NCBI GenBank assembly: GCA_012719395.1 | Contig: JAAYAL010000016.1 | Span: forward strand, 85,026 to 149,025 | Source of the DNA: Gaiellales bacterium | Lineage (GTDB): Bacteria; Actinomycetota; Thermoleophilia; RBG-16-64-13 | Reading direction: 5' to 3' | DNA: 64,000 nt | Shown here: piece by piece, positions 55,280-64,000 of the stretch | Numbering within the stretch: the first letter of the stretch is position 1 | Layout: each line of letters opens with the position of its first letter | Notes under the pieces: model-generated | Seen by the model: the letters and a program-made list of their open reading frames with translations, nothing else | Told to the model about the DNA's origin: nothing | Databases searched by the model: none | Program-made: the position numbers and the translations under genes

Positions 55280-57406
55280 TCAGGCCTCCATCTTCTCCAG
55301 CAGCCGCAGACTGATCTTATCCTTGCCGCCCTGCTGGGTGACGTCCAGCACTTCCACCTTCACCAGATCGCCTTTGACCACCACCTCTTCCACCGTGTTC
55401 ACGCGGTGCGGCCCCAGTTTGGAGATGTGGATGAGGCCGTCAGTACCCGGCTTCAGATTGACGAACGCCCCGAAGTTCGTGGTGGAGGCTACCCGGCCCA
55501 CGATGACGTCACCGGCCGTGATGTCGCGAGTGATGCTGGCGATGCGTTCCACGCAGGCATCACCCAGCCCGCCGTCCGCGGCGTACACCTTGACCAAGCC
55601 GTCGTCATCCACCTCAATATCGCACTCGAACTCTTCCTCCATGCCACGGATGGTCTCGCCACCCTTGCCTATGATGGCCCCGATTTTGTCGGGATCGATG
55701 CGGATGGTGGCTATGCGAGGCGCGAACTGCGAGAGACCCTCGCGCGGCGTCCCAATAGCGCTGTTCATGACGTCGATGATGGCAAGGCGCGCCCGCTTGG
55801 CCTGCTCCAACGCATCCCGCAGAATGTCAAACGTGACGCCCTTGATCTTGATGTCCATCTGCAGGGCAGTGACGCCCTCCGTGGTCCCCGCCACCTTGAA
55901 GTCCATATCCCCCAGATGATCCTCTACCCCGGCGATATCCGTGAGCACAACGTAGTCCTCACCTTCCTTGATGAGGCCCATGGCAATGCCCGCCACGGAG
56001 CGCTGCAGAGGAACGCCCGCATCCATGAGCGCCAGGGAAGACGCGCACACGCTGGCCATGGAACTGCTGCCGTTGGATTCCAGCACCACCGCCACCAGGC
56101 GAATAGTGTAAGCGAAGTCCTCCTCATTGGGCATGAGCGGCCGCAGGGCCCGCTCTCCCAACGCGCCGTGACCGATCTCACGCCGGCCGGGACCACGCAT
56201 GAAGCCTGCTTCTCCCACGGAGAAGGGCGGGAATTTGTAGTGATGCATGAAACGCTTGGATTCCTCGATGCCCAGCCCGTCGATACGCTGCTCATCCCGC
56301 CCAGTCCCCAGCGTCAGCAGGCTGAGCACCTGGGTTTGGCCGCGGGTGAACAAACCGCTGCCGTGCGTGCGCGAAGCCACGCCCACCTCGGCCGACAGCG
56401 TTCGGATCTCATCAGCAGCACGGCCGTCAGGGCGAATCTTGTCCACGGCGATACGACGGCGCACCGTTTCCTTCTCCAAGGCGTCAAAGGCCCGCGCCAG
56501 CGCCGCGGTCTCCGCGGAAAACTCCGGGGAGTCCTGCGCCGAAACCATGGTCTCCAACACCTGATGCCGGACAGCCGACACCGCTTCGTTGCGAGCCAGC
56601 TTCTCCTGCACGCCTATGGCGTCCAGCAGCGCCGGGCCGAATTGCTCCCGGATACGCCCCATGAGCTCTGGGTCCGCCTTGCGCTCCGCCACTTCCATCT
56701 TGGGCCGGCCCACCACCGCGCTCCATTCCTTGAGCGCCTGCACCTGCGCCTTTATGGCCTCGTGACCCACCTTCATGGCCTCAAGCAGTTCGGCTTCCTG
56801 CACCTCGCAGCAACCGGCCTCCACCATGCTGATGGCGTCTTCCGTGCCCGCCAGCACCAGGTTCAGGGTCCCGGCGTCAATCTCATCGAAAGTGGGGTTG
56901 AGCACCCAACCCGCTTCGGTGCGAGCCACGCGCACGGCCCCTATGGGACCTTGAAACGGAGCCTCGGAGATGGTGAGCGCCGCCGATGCACCCAGCATGG
57001 CCAGCACGTCATAGGGGTTGGTCTTGTCCACCGACAGCACGGTGGCCACGATATGCGTCTCCCGATTGAAGCCCGCGGGCCACAAGGGCCGCACCGGCCG
57101 GTCAATCATGCGGGCGTTGAGGATGGCCTGGTCACTGGGGCGGCCTTCCTTCTTGATGAATCCGCCGGGGATCTTGCCCGCGGCGTACATGCCTTCCTCC
57201 ACGTCCACCGTGAGAGGGAAGAAGTCTACGTTGCGTTCCGATTTGGCAACCACGGCGGTGACGAGCACCATGGTGTCTCCCAAGCGCACGAGAACGGCGC
57301 CGCTGGCCTGTTTGGCCAGACGCCCGGTTTCGAGCGTTATCTCCTTGCCGTCAAGGAGGATACGGGTAGTATGGACGCCGGTTTGAGCGCCTGTTGATTC
57401 AGCCAT
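55280..57406 (-). CDS. pnp: polyribonucleotide nucleotidyltransferase (PNPase)
   Basis: The 708 aa product has two RNase PH domains plus KH and S1 domains. Confidence 0.9.
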   Translation of the reverse strand: MAESTGAQTGVHTTRILLDGKEITLETGRLAKQASGAVLVRLGDTMVLVTAVVAKSERNVDFFPLTVDVEEGMYAAGKIPGGFIKKEGRPSDQAILNARMIDRPVRPLWPAGFNRETHIVATVLSVDKTNPYDVLAMLGASAALTISEAPFQGPIGAVRVARTEAGWVLNPTFDEIDAGTLNLVLAGTEDAISMVEAGCCEVQEAELLEAMKVGHEAIKAQVQALKEWSAVVGRPKMEVAERKADPELMGRIREQFGPALLDAIGVQEKLARNEAVSAVRHQVLETMVSAQDSPEFSAETAALARAFDALEKETVRRRIAVDKIRPDGRAADEIRTLSAEVGVASRTHGSGLFTRGQTQVLSLLTLGTGRDEQRIDGLGIEESKRFMHHYKFPPFSVGEAGFMRGPGRREIGHGALGERALRPLMPNEEDFAYTIRLVAVVLESNGSSSMASVCASSLALMDAGVPLQRSVAGIAMGLIKEGEDYVVLTDIAGVEDHLGDMDFKVAGTTEGVTALQMDIKIKGVTFDILRDALEQAKRARLAIIDVMNSAIGTPREGLSQFAPRIATIRIDPDKIGAIIGKGGETIRGMEEEFECDIEVDDDGLVKVYAADGGLGDACVERIASITRDITAGDVIVGRVASTTNFGAFVNLKPGTDGLIHISKLGPHRVNTVEEVVVKGDLVKVEVLDVTQQGGKDKISLRLLEKMEA

Positions 57407-57472
57407 TCCTGTGGTTATCTCCTTTTCTCGCCCGGGACCCTCCCGAGCGTAGTATGGCTTGTGTGCGCCGCT

Positions 57473-57739
57473 CTATTTCCGCAGGCCCAAGGCCTTGACG
57501 AGACCACGGTAGCGCTCCACGTCTTCCGACTGAAGGTAGTTGAGGAGACGCCGCCGTTGGCCCACCATCTTGAGGAGGCCGCGACGCGAGTGGTGATCTT
57601 TCTTGTGGATCTTGAGGTGCTCCGTCAGCACATTGATCTGCTCGGTCAGGATGGCCACTTGCACCTCCGGCGATCCCGTGTCCGTCTCGTGTTTCTTGAA
57701 GCGATCGATAATCTCCGTCTTACGCTCTTTGCTCAGCAC
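57473..57739 (-). CDS. rpsO: 30S ribosomal protein S15
   Basis: The 88 aa product reads [13 protein letters not shown]...[20 protein letters not shown]. Confidence 0.9.
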   Translation of the reverse strand: MLSKERKTEIIDRFKKHETDTGSPEVQVAILTEQINVLTEHLKIHKKDHHSRRGLLKMVGQRRRLLNYLQSEDVERYRGLVKALGLRK

Positions 57740-57948
57740 GGTCCTCTAAGCCTCCTAGGCTCCTTGCCCCCAGCCGGGATGCCGTGATCCGGGCCGAGTG
57801 ACAGGTGGGTCTCACACCACACCGCGCGCGGCGGGGGTTCCCTGTAGGTTAGCACATGCGTGTGACGGCCTTGGGCGCCCCCCGGCCGGCCCGGCAACCA
57901 CAGCTTGCTCCCTCCGGGTGACTGTCGCGGCGGCGACAGAACCGGGCT

Positions 57949-58902
57949 TCAGCGGCCGAAGAAGCGCTGAGCTTGAGCCACATCCGCCTGCATCTGCCCC
58001 ATCAGGCTCTCCTTGTCCGGGAAAGTCCGTTGGTCTCGCAGGCGGGCCAGAAACTCGAGCACCATGGGCTCTTCATACACCGAGCCGTGGAAGTCGAGCA
58101 GAAACGTCTCGATCCGCACCACCCCGTCACTCTCGAAGGTGGGGTTGGTCCCCACGCTGGTGACGGACATCAGCTGTGGGCGGCTGGACAGGCGGGTGCG
58201 GGTGATGTAAACGCCCAATGCGGGGAGGGCGGCATCAGGCCTCACGCGGAGATTGGCCGTGGGCATGCCCATGGTACGGCCCCTCCCCACGCCGGAGACA
58301 ACGGTCCCGGACAGGGAATGCGGGCGCGTGAGCAGACGCGAGGCCTCCTCCACGGCTCCCTGCGCGATCAGACGGCGGATGCGCGTGGAGGACACCGACC
58401 CTCCTTCGTCCCGCAGAAGCTGAAGGGCGCTGACGGAGAAGCCCATCTCCTGCCCGAACGCAAGCAGGTCCGCCGCATTGCCCTCGCCACCCCGACCGAA
58501 ACGGAAGTTCTCGCCCACCGAAACCTGACGAGCCCCCAAGCGCTCCGAAAGGAGGCGACGGGCGAAAGCGTGCGGCGGCAACTGGGCAAAGGCCAAGTCG
58601 AAGGGGATGGCCGCGATCTCCCCCACGCCCAGACCTTCCATCAACTCCACCTTGGTCTCAAAAGGCGTGAGGATGGGCGGCGGCTCCTCCGGGCGCAGCA
58701 CCACCCCGGGATGCGGTTCAAACGTGACCACGGTGGCCACCCCCTGCATGGAACACGCAGCGGTGACGGCCATGTTGATGATCTGTTGGTGGCCGGCGTG
58801 CACGCCGTCGAAGGCGCCGATGGCCACCGCCCGCGACATGGGCAGAGAGGCTATGTCGTCTAGAGATCGATAAACGCGCACGGACCCTCTCTTGCCCATC
58901 AC
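57949..58902 (-). CDS. ribF: bifunctional riboflavin kinase / FAD synthetase
   Basis: The FAD synthetase N-terminal domain (GAFDGVHAGHQ) and the riboflavin kinase C-terminal domain (PTANL...GVY) are both present. Confidence 0.85.
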   Translation of the reverse strand: MMGKRGSVRVYRSLDDIASLPMSRAVAIGAFDGVHAGHQQIINMAVTAACSMQGVATVVTFEPHPGVVLRPEEPPPILTPFETKVELMEGLGVGEIAAIPFDLAFAQLPPHAFARRLLSERLGARQVSVGENFRFGRGGEGNAADLLAFGQEMGFSVSALQLLRDEGGSVSSTRIRRLIAQGAVEEASRLLTRPHSLSGTVVSGVGRGRTMGMPTANLRVRPDAALPALGVYITRTRLSSRPQLMSVTSVGTNPTFESDGVVRIETFLLDFHGSVYEEPMVLEFLARLRDQRTFPDKESLMGQMQADVAQAQRFFGR

Positions 58903-59786
58903 TCCTGCGGATCAACAAAGACTACCAGCGGGGAGGACACCCCGCCCACCCCCTCATACACTCCGAGAAGCCGCCCCGAGCCCCACACCGCTACGCGGCC
59001 CGCGGGCAACCCCTGCAGCTTGTTCCCGTTGCGGGCCAGCGTCTCTTCGCGGCCGTGCACATCATAGCGGGGAAGCGTGGACAGTGCCGCCGCAAGGGAG
59101 AGAATGGCCGGTGAGCCGCCTTCATCCAAGCCGGCCGCCACGGCGGCGGGCGGCACAGCCTCAGTCACGTGAAGCGCTCCCACCCGGGTGCGGCGCAGAG
59201 ACGCTGCATAGGCTCCCACGCCCAGGCGGGCGCCTGCATCGTGCGCCAGCGTGCGGATGTACGTGCCCTTGCTGGAGCACACCAGCACCTCCGCCTGCTG
59301 CGCTTCCTCGTCGAAGCCGAGAAGCTCGACACCATAGATGGTCACCGTACGTTCAGGAGTGTCCATCTCTTCGCCGCGATGCGCCCGCCGATAGAGGGGC
59401 TCCCCTTTCACCTTGACGGCGGAGGTCAAGGGGACCCGCTGTAGGTACTCCCCCACAAACGCTTGAAAGGTGGCCGCCACGCCCCCTGCGTCCGTCCTGG
59501 CTCCGGTGGCTTCGATGACCCCGGTGGGATCGTGCGTGCTGGACACCGCGCCGAACTGCACCGTCATGCGGTACTCCTTGGGCATGTCCATGAAAAGACG
59601 GGAGGCCCGCGTGGCCTGCCCCGCCAGCACTATCAGCAGTCCGGTGGCAAAGGGGTCCAGCGTGCCCGCGTGCCCTACTCGGCGCCCCAGGAGGGGGCGG
59701 AGCTTGCGAATAACGTCGAAACTGGTCCAACCGGCCGGCTTGTCGATCAGGATCACTCGCGCCGGCCCCGGCGTGTCCTGCCTCAT
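58899..59786 (-). CDS. truB: tRNA pseudouridine(55) synthase
   Basis: The motif region VILIDKPAGWTSFDVIRKL...GHAGTLDP is present, and a 4-nt overlap with ribF indicates coupling. Confidence 0.85.
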   Translation of the reverse strand: MRQDTPGPARVILIDKPAGWTSFDVIRKLRPLLGRRVGHAGTLDPFATGLLIVLAGQATRASRLFMDMPKEYRMTVQFGAVSSTHDPTGVIEATGARTDAGGVAATFQAFVGEYLQRVPLTSAVKVKGEPLYRRAHRGEEMDTPERTVTIYGVELLGFDEEAQQAEVLVCSSKGTYIRTLAHDAGARLGVGAYAASLRRTRVGALHVTEAVPPAAVAAGLDEGGSPAILSLAAALSTLPRYDVHGREETLARNGNKLQGLPAGRVAVWGSGRLLGVYEGVGGVSSPLVVFVDPQE

Positions 59787-60778
59787 TGCCGCGCGGCCAC
59801 CTCACGCTCCAACTGCGCGATGCCCTCTTCCGTCCGGCCGTGGAAGGTGTAACCGGCCGCGCGCACATGACCGCCTCCACCCCAAGTGTGCGCGATATCG
59901 GAGACGTCGATCTTCCCGTCCGTGGAGCGCAGGCTCACCCGCAACTCCGGCGTGCCCGTGGGCGTGAGCCTCTCCCTGACGAGCGCCGCCACACGCACCC
60001 CGGCGATGGTGCGGATACCGTCGATGACCCCTTCCGTGTAGCCCGGCTCCGCTCCCGTCTCGCGGAAGTCCTTCACCGACAGCACGGAGACGGCCAGCCG
60101 CCCGTCCAGCAGCAGGCGCAGGTTCTCGAAGGCGCGCCGGTTGAGCCTGACCTTGGCGATGGGCACGTTCTCGTAGACATGCCGGTAGACCTCGTGCACG
60201 TCGACGCCCAAGTCCTGCAGGTCGGCGGCCATACGGTGTGCCTGCGGGGTGGTGTTGCTGAATTGGAAACGCCCCGTGTCCGTCACCACGCCTACGTAGA
60301 GGCAGGTGCCGATCTCGGCGTTGAGAGGGAGATCGGCCGCGCGCAGGACGCCATGCAGGATCTGCGTGGTGGAAGAAGCGCCGGCGTCCACCAGGTTGAA
60401 GTCTCCGTACAGCGGGTTGTCCGGGTGGTGATCGATGTTGACCCAGAACTGAGCTCCCACGCCCTCGCCGCCAAACCGCGCCGCCGACGCACAGTCCAGC
60501 GTGTAGAGAGTGGCGTCACCGGCTTCCGGCAGCTCGCCTCGCACCAAATCACCGAGCCGCGGAAGCCACGTCAGCTCCGGGGGGAACGGTTCCCGACCCG
60601 GAACGAACCCGGTCCACGCCACACCCAACTGCTCCATCACCAGCCCCGCGGCCACAATGGACCCCAACGCGTCCCCGTCCGGGTTCTCGTGCACCGCCAG
60701 TAGCACCCGGCGTTCGCCCTTCATGCGGGCACCGATCTCTTGCGGCGTGGCACGCCGCCCCCCGGCTCTGCCTGTCAT
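59783..60778 (-). CDS. nrnA: DHH/DHHA1 family phosphoesterase (NrnA-like bifunctional oligoribonuclease / pAp phosphatase)
   Basis: The DHH motifs HENPDGDALGS, DHH and GGGH are present. The protein is 331 aa and the gene sits in the rbfA-truB position. Confidence 0.75.
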   Translation of the reverse strand: MTGRAGGRRATPQEIGARMKGERRVLLAVHENPDGDALGSIVAAGLVMEQLGVAWTGFVPGREPFPPELTWLPRLGDLVRGELPEAGDATLYTLDCASAARFGGEGVGAQFWVNIDHHPDNPLYGDFNLVDAGASSTTQILHGVLRAADLPLNAEIGTCLYVGVVTDTGRFQFSNTTPQAHRMAADLQDLGVDVHEVYRHVYENVPIAKVRLNRRAFENLRLLLDGRLAVSVLSVKDFRETGAEPGYTEGVIDGIRTIAGVRVAALVRERLTPTGTPELRVSLRSTDGKIDVSDIAHTWGGGGHVRAAGYTFHGRTEEGIAQLEREVAARQ

Positions 60779-61224
60779 GCACTTCCCTCCGGCAATCCCC
60801 GCTCCTCATCCCCGGCTTCCTCGCCGTCTTCCGCGCCTTTCTCCTCCGCCGGGGGCTGCGACAGATCAATCCCCAGCTCGCGCTCCTGCGCCCGCAGCAT
60901 CATGTGGATCTTCATGCCTTCGTCCACGCTCTCGTCGTACACGAACTGGAGTTCCGGCGTGCGCCTCATGTGCAGCTCCGCCGCCAAGCGTGCCTGCAGG
61001 AACCCATGCGCCGCCTCCAGGACTTTGAGCGTGGCGGTCTTCTGTGACCGATGCCCAAACACGGAAACGAACACCTTGGCGTGACTCAGGTCCGAGCTCA
61101 CCTCCACTCCGGTCAGCGTCACGAAGCCGACCCGGGGATCCTTCAGCTCCCGGGAGACGGCGGTGCTCAGCACCTCTTTGACCGCTTCGTTGACGCGCCT
61201 CATGCGCTGATTGGGCTCAGACAT
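60775..61224 (-). CDS. rbfA: ribosome-binding factor A
   Basis: RMRRVNEAVKEVLSTAV...GFVTLTGVEVSSDLSHAKVFVSV is a KH-like RbfA fold. Confidence 0.85.
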   Translation of the reverse strand: MSEPNQRMRRVNEAVKEVLSTAVSRELKDPRVGFVTLTGVEVSSDLSHAKVFVSVFGHRSQKTATLKVLEAAHGFLQARLAAELHMRRTPELQFVYDESVDEGMKIHMMLRAQERELGIDLSQPPAEEKGAEDGEEAGDEERGLPEGSA

Positions 61225-61501
61225 CGACCTCGTACACCTCCCGTTGCACCCGGGTCACTTCCCAGTCCCGGCCGTCGAGGTACGCCTGTGCGGCATCCAG
61301 CGCGTGATCCAGCCCCGTTGGGTCGGACGCGGCCACGGCCACGACTATGACGGACCGTTGCCACAGATCCTGGTATCCCACTTCTGCCACGGTGGCCCCA
61401 CGATCACGCACGAGATGCGAGCGAATGCTGCGCAGGAACACGCGCTTCCCCTTCAAGGAAGTGCTGCCGGGAAAGTACAGCTCCACTGCCAGCACCCCCA
61501 C
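61217..61501 (-). CDS. DUF503 family protein (YlxP-like)
   Basis: FVGVLAVELYFPGSTSLKGKR is the DUF503 signature, and the gene sits between infB and rbfA as in Bacillus ylxP. The start is uncertain. It is either a GTG near 61501 or the track ATG at 61537, which overlaps infB. Confidence 0.6.
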   Translation of the reverse strand: MGVLAVELYFPGSTSLKGKRVFLRSIRSHLVRDRGATVAEVGYQDLWQRSVIVVAVAASDPTGLDHALDAAQAYLDGRDWEVTRVQREVYEVDV

Positions 61502-61520
61502 GAAGCCACGCGCAGATCGC

Positions 61521-63956
61521 TTAGGAAGTGCGGGCAACTTCCTTCGTCTCGTAGGCCTCGATGACGTCGCCCTCTTTCAGGTCGTCGAAGCCATCGAAGT
61601 GCAGCCCGCACTCGAAGCCGGCCAGCACCTCGCGGGCATCCTCCGTGAAGCGCCGCAGCGAGGCGATGGTGCCGTCGTGGATGATGCTGCCGTCGCGGAC
61701 CACGCGCGCACGCCCATTGCGCACGAGCTTGCCCGAGGTCACATGGCAGCCGGCGATGATGCCTACCTTGGAGAAGCGGAAGATCTGCCTCACCTCGGCC
61801 GTTCCCGTTTCCTCCTCCACGTGCTCCGGCTCCAGCATGCCCACCAGCGCGGCCTGCACGTCTTCCAGAGCCTTGTAGATCACCCGGTAGGTGCGTATGT
61901 CCACGCCTTCTTGCTCAGCCAGGGCTTTGGCCGCACCGGAAGGGCGCACGTTGAACCCGATGACCACGGCATGCGAGGCAGCGGCCAGCATGATGTCGGA
62001 TTCGTTGATGCCGCCCACGCCGGAGTGGATGACCCGCACCTTGACCTCTGGATGCGTGATGCCATTGAGCGATTCCTCCAGCGCCTCCACCGATCCCATC
62101 ACGTCACCCTTGACCACCAGTGCCAACTCCTTCACCGCGCCTTCTTTCAGGCGGAGGTAGAAGTCATCCAGGCTGGTAGTGCCGGCCGGCCGCGCCTTGG
62201 CCACTTGCTGCTCCATGCGCAGCCGGGCGCTATGGGCCTCAGCCTTCTGGCGGGCGAGCCGCTCGTCTTTGGTCACGCACACCGCATCGCCGGCAGTGGG
62301 CACAGTGTTGAGGCCCAGAATCTGCACCGGGATGGAGGGACCGGCCTCCTTCACCGGCGCACCGGTGAAATCGAACATGGCTTTGACCTTGCCGTGGGCT
62401 TCGCCGCTGACGACGGCGTCTCCCACGCGCAGTGTCCCCCGCTGCACCAGCATGGTGGCCACCGGCCCTCGGCCCGCGTCCAGCTGCGCCTCCAGGATGA
62501 TGCCGGAGGCCTCCGCCTTGGGATTGGCCCTGAGTTCCTGCACGTCCGCCACCAGCAGGATCATGTCCATGAGGTCATCCAGCTTGATCCGCTTCTTGGC
62601 CGACACCTGGACCATGACCGTCTCGCCCCCCCACTCCTCGGGAATGAGACCCTGGTCTGCCAGTTGGTGCTTCACGTTGTCGATGTTGGCGTCCGGTAGA
62701 TCGATCTTGTTGATGGCCACCACGATGGGCACTTCCGCGGCCCGGGCATGATTGATGGCCTCAATCGTCTGCGGCATGACTCCGTCATTGGCCGCCACCA
62801 CGATCACCGCCACATCCGTCACCTGGGCGCCCCGTGCACGCATAGCGGTGAAGGCCTCATGGCCCGGCGTGTCCACGAAGGTCACATCGCGCTGCTTGTG
62901 ACGGACGCGGTAGGCTCCGATGTGCTGAGTGATGCCGCCGGCTTCGCCCGCCGCCACCGCCGTCTCCCGCACGGCATCCAAGAGCGACGTCTTGCCGTGG
63001 TCCACGTGACCCATGACCGTCACCACCGGCGCGCGCTCCCTGAGATCCGCCGGGTCGTCAACCTGTTGCTGTGTCTCTTCCTCTTCCGCCCGCTTTATCT
63101 CTATCTGCCGCTCAAACTCCTCGGCCAGCAGCAGCAGGGCTTCATCTGCCAGGGACTGGGTGATGGTCACCATATCCCCCATCTTCATCATGGTCTTGAT
63201 CACTTCACCGGCCGGGATCTCCAGAGCCTCAGCGAAATCCTTGACGGTGGCACCGCTGGGGAGAGACACCGGTGACTCGGTCCCGGGAGGAGCCTTGTGC
63301 TTGGCCTGAGCCTTCTCAGCCTCAGCCACCCGTCCGCCGCGGCCCGCCCCGGTGGTCTTGGCGCCCTTGCGGCCGGCCTGGGAATCAATGACCACGCGCC
63401 TGCGCCCGGGACGATCGTCTCCCCGGCGAACCCGCGTGGGGCGGTCGCCCACGGCGGCAGGCGGCGGCGTCGTCCCCGCCTCCGCGCCGGCATGGCCGAC
63501 CTCCTGCCCGGTGCGCGCGGCCCGAGGCGGCCTCTCCTCCTGCTCCTTGCGCCGAGGAGGTGCACCGCGAGAACCAGCGTCCCGACTGGGCCGAGCGGGA
63601 GTGCGCGCGGGCTCCCCCGCCACCGGGATACGCACTGGGCCGGCGGCAGGCGGCCGCCGGGGACCGGCCGGACGAGGCGCCGGCCGATTGGACACGAGCG
63701 GCGTCGGCTTGGGGGGAGCGGGCGGCGGCTCCTCGCCCTTGATGCGAACCGTTCCCGGGGCCTTCACTCCCTTGCGCAACGGGACGTCCGCCGCCACCAC
63801 GGTGGGCAGATCATCCAGCCGAGGCCCGCGGCCACGTGGCTTGGGACCCTTGCGCGGAGGGACAGGCGGGCGATTGCGGGCCGCCGCCTGCTCCTGGTTG
63901 CGCAGTTCTTCGGCAGTGGCGACAATCCTGGGCCCCCGAGGAGCGGTGGACGGCAT
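61521..63956 (-). CDS. infB: translation initiation factor IF-2
   Basis: A Pro/Arg-rich N-terminal region is followed by the GTPase domain ([17 protein letters not shown]), and the beta-barrel and C-terminal domains. The reading frame stays open upstream of the first in-window ATG to the window edge, so the true N-terminus may lie outside. Confidence 0.9.
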   Translation of the reverse strand: MPSTAPRGPRIVATAEELRNQEQAAARNRPPVPPRKGPKPRGRGPRLDDLPTVVAADVPLRKGVKAPGTVRIKGEEPPPAPPKPTPLVSNRPAPRPAGPRRPPAAGPVRIPVAGEPARTPARPSRDAGSRGAPPRRKEQEERPPRAARTGQEVGHAGAEAGTTPPPAAVGDRPTRVRRGDDRPGRRRVVIDSQAGRKGAKTTGAGRGGRVAEAEKAQAKHKAPPGTESPVSLPSGATVKDFAEALEIPAGEVIKTMMKMGDMVTITQSLADEALLLLAEEFERQIEIKRAEEEETQQQVDDPADLRERAPVVTVMGHVDHGKTSLLDAVRETAVAAGEAGGITQHIGAYRVRHKQRDVTFVDTPGHEAFTAMRARGAQVTDVAVIVVAANDGVMPQTIEAINHARAAEVPIVVAINKIDLPDANIDNVKHQLADQGLIPEEWGGETVMVQVSAKKRIKLDDLMDMILLVADVQELRANPKAEASGIILEAQLDAGRGPVATMLVQRGTLRVGDAVVSGEAHGKVKAMFDFTGAPVKEAGPSIPVQILGLNTVPTAGDAVCVTKDERLARQKAEAHSARLRMEQQVAKARPAGTTSLDDFYLRLKEGAVKELALVVKGDVMGSVEALEESLNGITHPEVKVRVIHSGVGGINESDIMLAAASHAVVIGFNVRPSGAAKALAEQEGVDIRTYRVIYKALEDVQAALVGMLEPEHVEEETGTAEVRQIFRFSKVGIIAGCHVTSGKLVRNGRARVVRDGSIIHDGTIASLRRFTEDAREVLAGFECGLHFDGFDDLKEGDVIEAYETKEVARTS

Positions 63957-64000
63957 CCCCTGCCCACCGGCAGCTTGTAGTGGACGAGGCGCCGCAGCTT

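Noticed and set aside
57922-57939. Short hairpin (ctgtcgc ggcg gcgacag) downstream of ribF as a terminator.
   Set aside because: The stem is only 7 bp and no U-tract follows. rpsO has its own leader, so the evidence is too weak to list as a feature.
31-63980. Numerous long plus-strand ORFs in the track, for example 31-546, 1563-2342, 3328-4179, 4960-5802, 11465-13114, 14455-15741, 16076-18619 (847 aa), 19592-20839, 36371-37708, 49458-50834, 51636-52736, 54224-55270 and 55406-57397.
   Set aside because: Each lies antisense to a well-supported minus-strand housekeeping gene. Their products are Arg/Gly/Pro/His-rich low-complexity strings with no family resemblance. Such open antisense frames are expected in 70% GC DNA.
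1-64000. CRISPR arrays, insertion sequences, integrases or transposases, prophage genes, toxin-antitoxin or restriction-modification systems.
   Set aside because: I saw no regularly spaced direct repeats, no DDE/serine/tyrosine recombinase motifs and no defence-system signatures. The only notable DNA repeat is the pilin N-terminal coding duplicate.

Overview
This 64 kb window has roughly 70% GC and is densely packed with core housekeeping genes, almost all on the minus strand. The gene order is Firmicutes-like: yebC-pdxT-pdxS, ylb-type rsmD-coaD-yceD-rpmF, recG-degV-fakA-asp23 with divergent rpmB, ribDE(BA)H behind an FMN riboswitch, priA-def-fmt-rpe, metK, recA-recX-rny, rodZ-rimO-pgsA, ftsK-rnj-dapB, and pnp-rpsO-ribF-truB-nrnA-rbfA-infB. 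From this order I infer a high-GC Firmicute such as a Symbiobacterium- or Limnochordia-like organism, which cannot be proven from this window. Between these housekeeping blocks is a roughly 12 kb accessory region (24.1-36.2 kb). It holds a divergent membrane-anchored glycoside-hydrolase-like / CE4 polysaccharide deacetylase pair, a zinc-ribbon mini-protein, a lipoprotein, lipB, tRNA-Arg(CCG), rnz, and the most interesting feature of the window, a type IV pilin / minor-pilin locus. That locus has two tandem major pilins whose N-terminal coding DNA is about 92% identical, a TPR lipoprotein, an O-antigen-ligase-family (TfpO/PglL-like) gene directly after pilin 1, four prepilin-motif or PilX-like minor pilins with overlapping start/stop codons, and a YkgJ/FliB-family Cys-cluster protein. 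No pilus ATPase, platform protein or prepilin peptidase is present in the window. Elements not represented in the supplied ORF track are rpmF (59 aa, TTG start), tRNA-Arg(CCG), the FMN riboswitch upstream of ribD and three GC-rich terminator hairpins. I found no mobile elements, CRISPR arrays or rRNA. Most plus-strand ORFs in the track are antisense shadows typical of high-GC DNA and were rejected.
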